Source: the human T2T-CHM13v2.0 reference genome, Homo sapiens. Taken from it: a stretch of 64,000 nt of DNA. The stretch lies in the NCBI RefSeq assembly GCF_009914755.1, contig NC_060935.1. One strand, written 5' to 3'. Below are positions 57,386 to 64,000 of the stretch, one piece after another; the stretch's first letter is position 1; each line of letters starts with the position of its first letter. The position numbers and the translations under genes are program-made. The notes below the pieces were generated by a model, which ran no database searches, was not told where the DNA came from, and saw only the letters and a program-made list of their open reading frames with translations.

Positions 57386-60300
57386 CTAATCAGTTTCTGG
57401 GTGCTCCTGGGGCAGTTCTTTGCGGATAGGGAGGAGAGAATCACACCTAAAGAGCATCTATGATGTACCAAGTATTGTGCTGGGATGACTCACTTGTATT
57501 TCCTTGGTAATTTTTCACAATTATCGTGGGAGGTAGCTATCACTATTTTCTTTTTTAAGACAAAGAAACAGAGGTGCCATGATTGCTGAGGCTCACCCAG
57601 TTGGTCAGTGGCCAAACCTGCACTGAACTCAGGCCTGACCAATGTTAAAGGCAAGCTGTGGAAACAGGAGCTTAAGTTGGCCTCTCTTCTTTTGCTCTGG
57701 CCTCAACACTGGCCTAAAAGGTGGCCCATCTGTCTCTGTTGGCTCAAGATTTCTAGGATTCATGGTTATTGCTGGCACAATCTTTCTGTTAGTATAGAGT
57801 GGAAATTCTGGTACCTCACTGAATCTGGTGCCTAGTATCGTTCTTGGGATCAAGAACGCACTCAATACCTACATGGATCATAAAATCATGTGACTTAAAG
57901 GGCATACCATCTGACAGAGGCTGGAGGCTTCCATCCTATTCTTTTCACTACATATAACAGGCTTCACATCTCAGATGCTTTTCCTAGAACTTGCTTTCTT
58001 TAACCAAGGTGAACATTTCTTTGTCATTTATTTTTTCCCTCAACCTGCCAACTTCACCACCATCCCAAGAGGCAGCACAGGCTGAAAACAAAAGCGAGTT
58101 AGAAAAACAAGTTTAGGTAAATTCACAGATAATACCATTGGAAGGAGAGATTTACAGTGTGATGGTGAAATGCACTGGCTTTGGATTAGACCCCTGTCAC
58201 TATTATTCTCATATTATTTTTAGAAAAGAGTCTGTTGGAGAAAATGCAATTTTCTATGCTCTATTGGCTCAAATATTTGGGAACAAAAAGATTTCTGTCA
58301 GTGGGTGTATATAACAACAAACTCCTAGCACCTGCCACCTGGGAGACATTAGATGAGCTATCAGCTTTTCAGGGTCACAATTTCCTCACCAGTGAAGTAT
58401 CTACTACTATGATTCTTGGTGCATGGTAAATTTCAATAAATGGCAGTTATTGTAATGGGCTATAGAGAGAGACACAGATATTGGTTGAGAGCCCCAACCT
58501 TTGGGCATTACCATAACAAGTAGGATAATGTTGCCCTTCCTCTTCCACAATGAATAATCATAATAGCTACCATTTGCTGAGCATTTACCGGGTGCAAAGA
58601 ACTGTCTAGGCATGCTACAGGTATTAAGTCATTTAATCCTTATATCATTCCTCCGAGGTAGGTACCATTATTATCACCTAAAATTTACTGATGAGGAAAC
58701 AGGGATAGAGAGTTGAAGTAACTTGCCCAATATCACATAGCACATGAAGCTTAAAGCAGTACTGGAGCCTCTGCAGGATACACCAATGCACCATATATGG
58801 AGCCTATGCACCAGAGTCCACAAGCTTTACCATTATGCTACCATTTGGTACCTCTCGGTGAGGCAGAATCTAAGTTGAAGAGATACCAATTTTCTTAAAC
58901 ATCCCAAATTGCTGGTAGGATCCTTGAAAGCAAGGACAAGAGTCATGAATCTTTTGTCCCCCCAAATGCCTTGCACAGACTTGTGCAAAAGTAGGTGCTT
59001 AAGCAATTCTCATTCGTTGATTGTCAATTGGTTGATTGATTGGTCAGATTTCTTTCTTTGCTTTGTTTCCTCTTTGGGTGTTTTCCCTCATCCTCCTACA
59101 TCCAACTCACTCTTTAGCTGTTCATGCTACCATCTTCCTGACCAGAAGCCCCGATTCAATCGAAGCAACAGTTAGGTGGCCCTCTTAATAACCCTTCCTT
59201 GGCTATGAGCCTCAGGACAGTAAAGGTCTCTGTTATTTCCAGTACTGAAGGCACCCTGGAGGTTAAACAATGGCAAAGTCAATGGGGAATATTGTAATAT
59301 AAAATGACAGAATTTGATTTCATTAAAATCTGTAACAAAAATATGATTTTATAGTTATAGGTTTAATTATGATAATGTTTGTGAAATAGTTGATGCAACT
59401 GCATGACCATATTGCTGGTCTTTCTTCTTCCAGTAAAGACACTGGAAGTCAATCTATTAGAGGTTTCTACATTTTGGGTAAGCCCCGTGAATCTGAAGCC
59501 ATAATGCCTCTATAAAAGCACAGATCTGAGAGGCACAGCCAAGAGGACCCTTCTCATAGGAAGGATTCCTGAAGACAGGATTTTCTTTAGATGTTTTCCT
59601 ACCACACATAGGAAGTGGCAGACATGAGGTGTGCTTTCTGAGAGAGTTGTTTGGGATGGTAGTCTGAGGAATGGACGACTCCTGTGGCCAGCCCATACTG
59701 TTGTTAGAGGACGGACTGGGCTAACAGTGTTGCCATTGGAATCTTGGGTAGTGAATGGGGTGGTCCCTCTCGATCAGGCTAATTAGCTTGACGAATCTGG
59801 GATTCATGCTAATGAAGGTTATCAATAGATTATCAATCATACAATTATTAAACACTTACTCTTTTTGCAGGCAAGCGAACACTGGACTTGCTGAGAGAAG
59901 GTAACTTTCTGAACCTGTTTCCTCACCTGTCCAGTGTGAATGATCGCACATGCAGCTTGATAACATGTGTGACCACACACATTGGCTTCCATAGCTCTAG
60001 ACTAAACACCTCACTCCTGCTGACTGTCACCCGTAGGCATGTCCTTGGTCAAAAGATGGGAGTGGAAGGATGTGAAGATGGAGCATGGGAGGTGAGAAGT
60101 GATGCTGGATCCACGCAGATCTAGCCTCATCAGTCAAACAAGACTTAATGCTAAGATGTTGTTGGTTATAAGATACGTCATCGACTTAAACAATTGTCTT
60201 AGAGGAAGCGCTATGTTAAATATGCAGATAGATAATAAAGCTTGTCCTGATTTCAGAAATGTTAAAATGTGAATTTGATAAATACAACAATAAAAAACCC

Positions 60301-61120
60301 AATAGGGCAGTATTTAATATCAATAAGAGGGATGTGAAAAAGAGTAAGACCTAGTTGTGGCCTTCAAGGAATAGATAACCTAACAGAGAATTCAAGAAGA
60401 AATATTGAGAGGCATTAATTAATTTCAAGCCAAATTTTGAACTAGGGGCTGTAGGACTTCAGAGAAGAGGAGCTAATAGTGCTGGAGCAGCCAGAAAAAA
60501 ACTTTCTGTGGGATTTGGCATTTGAGTTGGGTGATGAAGGATTGGGGTGACCTGCTAGAAATGGATGCTTATTATGTGCCAAGCACAATAGCTGTAGGAG
60601 TGGGGCTGTTATTATACCCATTTTACAGAAGAGAAAACTGAGGCTCAAAGAGCTTTAGTAATTTGCCCCAGGTCACACACCTAAGTAGCAGAGCTGGGAT
60701 TCAATCCTAGGATAACCTAACTCAAAGCTCAGGCCCATTGGCCACTGTGTTCTGCAGTGTCTTGGGGGCGCTTTCAATCAAGAGGAAACCTGGCCGTGCA
60801 TGGAAGGAGAGAGTAGGCATGGATAGCTCATGACTGCTACTTCCTACTCATGGGAGTAGGAAGTCTTACATGTGTCACTATGTGACAGTCCTGGGTAAGT
60901 TGTGAATCATGTGTCTGGAATATCAGCACCTATGAACAAGGGGACCTCTGACTGTTAATGGGGACCTCAATATTGAAAAGGCCTCTGATTTTGTCTGCTA
61001 TTTAGGAGCAAACTTGTGTGGGGCAGCAAAATGAGACTTTGTCACCAGCTTTGATTCTGCTCTTACTCTTGCCCCCAAAAAATAAAATATGACTCCTACA
61101 TTTTTCTGGGAGTCACACTG

Positions 61121-61124
61121 TTTT

Positions 61125-61183
<59 letters not shown>

Positions 61184-61238
61184 CTTCTTTCTTTCTTTTT
61201 CTTTCTTTTCTTTCTTTCTTTTTCTTTCTCTCTTTCTT

Positions 61239-61296
<58 letters not shown>

Positions 61297-61367
61297 TTTC
61301 TTTCTTTCTTTCTTTCTTTTCATTTCTTCTTCCTCTCCTCTCCTCTCCTTTCCTTTCCTTTCCTTTT
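61121..61367. repeat. (TTTC)n / CT-rich compound microsatellite, expanded tail of the adjacent Alu
   Basis: ~245 nt almost pure pyrimidine. Confidence 0.95.
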
Positions 61368-61647
61368 GACAGAATCTCACTCAGTCACCCAGCCTGGGAT
61401 GCAGTGTTGTGATTTCGGCTCACCGCAGCCTCTGCCTCCTGGGTTCAAGCAATTCTCATGCCTCAGCCTCCTGTGTAGCTGGGATTATAGGCTCACACCA
61501 CCACACCCAGCTAATTTTTGTATTTTTAGTAGAGACAGGGTTTCACCATGTTGCCCAGGCTGGTGTCTAATTCCTGGCCTCATGTGATTTGCCCTTCTCA
61601 GCCTCCCAAAGTGCTGGGATTACAGGTGTGAGCCACCACACCCGGCC
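61368..61647 (-). mobile_element. Alu (AluS-like)
   Basis: Antisense dimer whose tail is the (TTTC)n tract. Confidence 0.9.
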
Positions 61648-64000
61648 CGTACTGTTGTTGTTGTTGTTTTTATCCATGTCTTTGCAATCTTTTACCATCT
61701 TCCACAGTTTCATTGGCCATTAAAAAGTTTACGTGTCCAAATCATACACTGAAATTTCCTGAGTTTGGTTCTGTTTGGGAACTTGTTTAGAGAAAGTCTC
61801 TGTTGCAAACACAGAATGGTATAAGAATTTAGGTATTATGCTTTTACAAAACTATTATGAAGTTTTCTGATGTGTCACTTTATTACAGAGTTTAACATCA
61901 TATCTCAACAGAAATCCAATGATTCTGGTACTGACACATCCAAGGGGAGAGGCCTCAAAATTGAGAAGCTGCCAAGACTCACCCACAGGTTCATGTCAAC
62001 ATGGACTCACTTGTACCCCAAGCCGTAGGCCTAAGTGGGCTCCCCTTAGAACTTGTCCACCCCTAAGGTAAGTGTCTGGGATTGGAATTTTTGGAAATTA
62101 TTGTGAAGCAATTGGACAGGTGTCTTCAATGTCCTGGACATCACTCTTACCCACATCCCTGTTCATGAAACTATGTTTTAATTCTTTCTCAATGTGTGAA
62201 GGGAGATGGGTAGGATTCTGTTTCATGTTGTATGGACAGTGATATCTCTCTGGTTCCAAAGAACCAGTGAGATGTGGAACTTGGCTGAATATTTTTGAGT
62301 GATGCAATAATTTAAAAAGATATCCATGGTTTTGCAAGGAACATAAGCTACATAAGAAGGCAGTTAAAGAAAAACCAGTAACAGAAAGAGCACTGGGATT
62401 TGAGTCTAATTGATGTAGGTTCAAATCTCAGTTCTATCCCTTGGTAGCCAAGTTACTTATCTCCTTGAGACTTGGTTTCTTCATCTGAAAATAAATTGTC
62501 ACTTCATACAGTTTTGGTGACAATTAAATGAGATAACATGGTATATGTAATATATGAAGCACTTAGCCCAGTGCCTGGCATATATTAAATACTCAATAAA
62601 TGATTATTACTGTGATGTCTCCATTTCTAAATTAGCAAAATGAAAATAATATTAACTACTCACTAGATCAATTGAAATAATAAAGGTGTATGTGTCTGGC
62701 ACATGGTAGATATTCATTCATCCATTTTTTCATCTTTAGTTTATTTGGAATCCATCAAAAGTTTACAAACCCTGGGAGTTAGGAGAAGGCCACTTTATTT
62801 GGCCAACAGTCCTCTTTCATCTTAAATGGAGCAGTAGTTTTATAAAATGTTTATTTCCTTATCTAAACTGTTCTTTTTCCCCCGGGCCCTTATGTGCCTT
62901 TCTGGGAGCAAAGAAACTCCAGGAATCCCAGCAAATCACTCTGCAGAGTGGCCAACAGGTGTGACATCAGAAGTCCTAATAGTGGGGCTTTGGTGAGTTT
63001 GCCTTTTTGAGGTGCCCATGGGAGAATGGATGCTATCTACCTCTACAGGAAGGAAGCAGCCACTTGGTGTTTCTGGCTTTCAGGCTGTATCCACCCCAGG
63101 TTTCAGCTGTCATTTTGGGCCAAGTTAAAGGCAGAGGGCAGATTTTGCACAAGGCCCTCTGAAGTGGGGAATAATTTGGGTCAAGTGTTCCAGCTAGGGT
63201 GAGCAGCAAGTTGCACAGTCAGCCAGCAGAAAAAGGCTGTGTGTGGAGAGGCCTGGTCCAGGCACTAATGATTCAGGTAGATTGCCAGGAAGGGCAGAGG
63301 CAACCAGGCTGGCTGTGCCTGTTCCACAGTCTCTGGGCAGTTTCTCGGCCTTCAGCTTCACTGTGGGGGAACCTAGCCTCGGAGTGTTACTGGATACCCA
63401 CCTCCCCACTGATGCCTGATCAAATTTAAATCAAACCTGCAGTTCTGGGCCCTGAAAGTTCATTTTTCCTACCCAGTGCTGAGTGAAGTTGACTTTAGGC
63501 CAGACCAAACAATATTCAGGAGGAGCCCTACCCATTCAAGATACTTTGCAACTGACAAACATTTTTAAGGTGATGGACATTTAAGACAAACCATGATAGG
63601 TCTGGAGATAAGATTTGAAAATTTGGCTGACAGTTAGCAGCCAAGGAGGGCATCTGCAGGTGGAGTTTGCAACTAGGAACTCTATAGACTCTAGCTAATT
63701 ATTGTACAGATATAGAAAAGCCTCTTTTTTGGGAAAAGGGTGATGACAAATCCAAGGTATAGTGGATAAAACAGGCACAATTTCAAGTCCAGCTGAATAA
63801 ACCTGGGCAAGCAGACACACACATGCATGTGTGCATGCTGTCAGTGCTACCACATACACTTCCATCCCTCATACAGAGAGTTCACCTAGCACCTAGACAC
63901 ACCCCCTACATCCACCACACTCTCCCCACAGACACCCTGTCCTCCCCACCGTACAGACCAACCACACACAGCACAGACCCCTCCCTCTTCTCCCATGCAC

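Overview
Human-type genomic DNA, recognisable as the CAT-ELF5 locus (11p13, from my knowledge of the two proteins). Positions 1-12.9 kb hold the last five exons of catalase (CAT exons 9-13, + strand), ending in the non-canonical PTS1 -KANL and a poly(A) signal at 12877. A ~6.7 kb Alu/LTR-rich spacer follows. The complete ELF5 (ESE-2) ETS transcription factor gene lies on the - strand (~19.6-54.6 kb), convergent with CAT. It has two alternative first exons and six shared coding exons; the spliced CDS is 768 nt (255 aa), or 265 aa with the alternative coding first exon. The last ~9 kb is ELF5 upstream sequence. Most of the six-frame ORFs are Alu, low-complexity or chance ORFs. I see no convincing new protein-coding system. 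The best leads are non-coding or architectural: (1) a 1.1 kb (CTATA/CTGTA)n array with 39-bp and 102-bp higher-order units that splits an L2 tail and is packed with TACTAAC / GUUAGU-AUAGU motifs; (2) an intronic stop plus double poly(A) signal plus strong CTCF motif that would give a PNT-only ELF5; (3) two old local direct duplications, one flanking an in-frame exon; (4) several short inverted repeats, including a palindromic ETS-site pair upstream of ELF5. Repeat subfamily names and boundaries are by eye and approximate.
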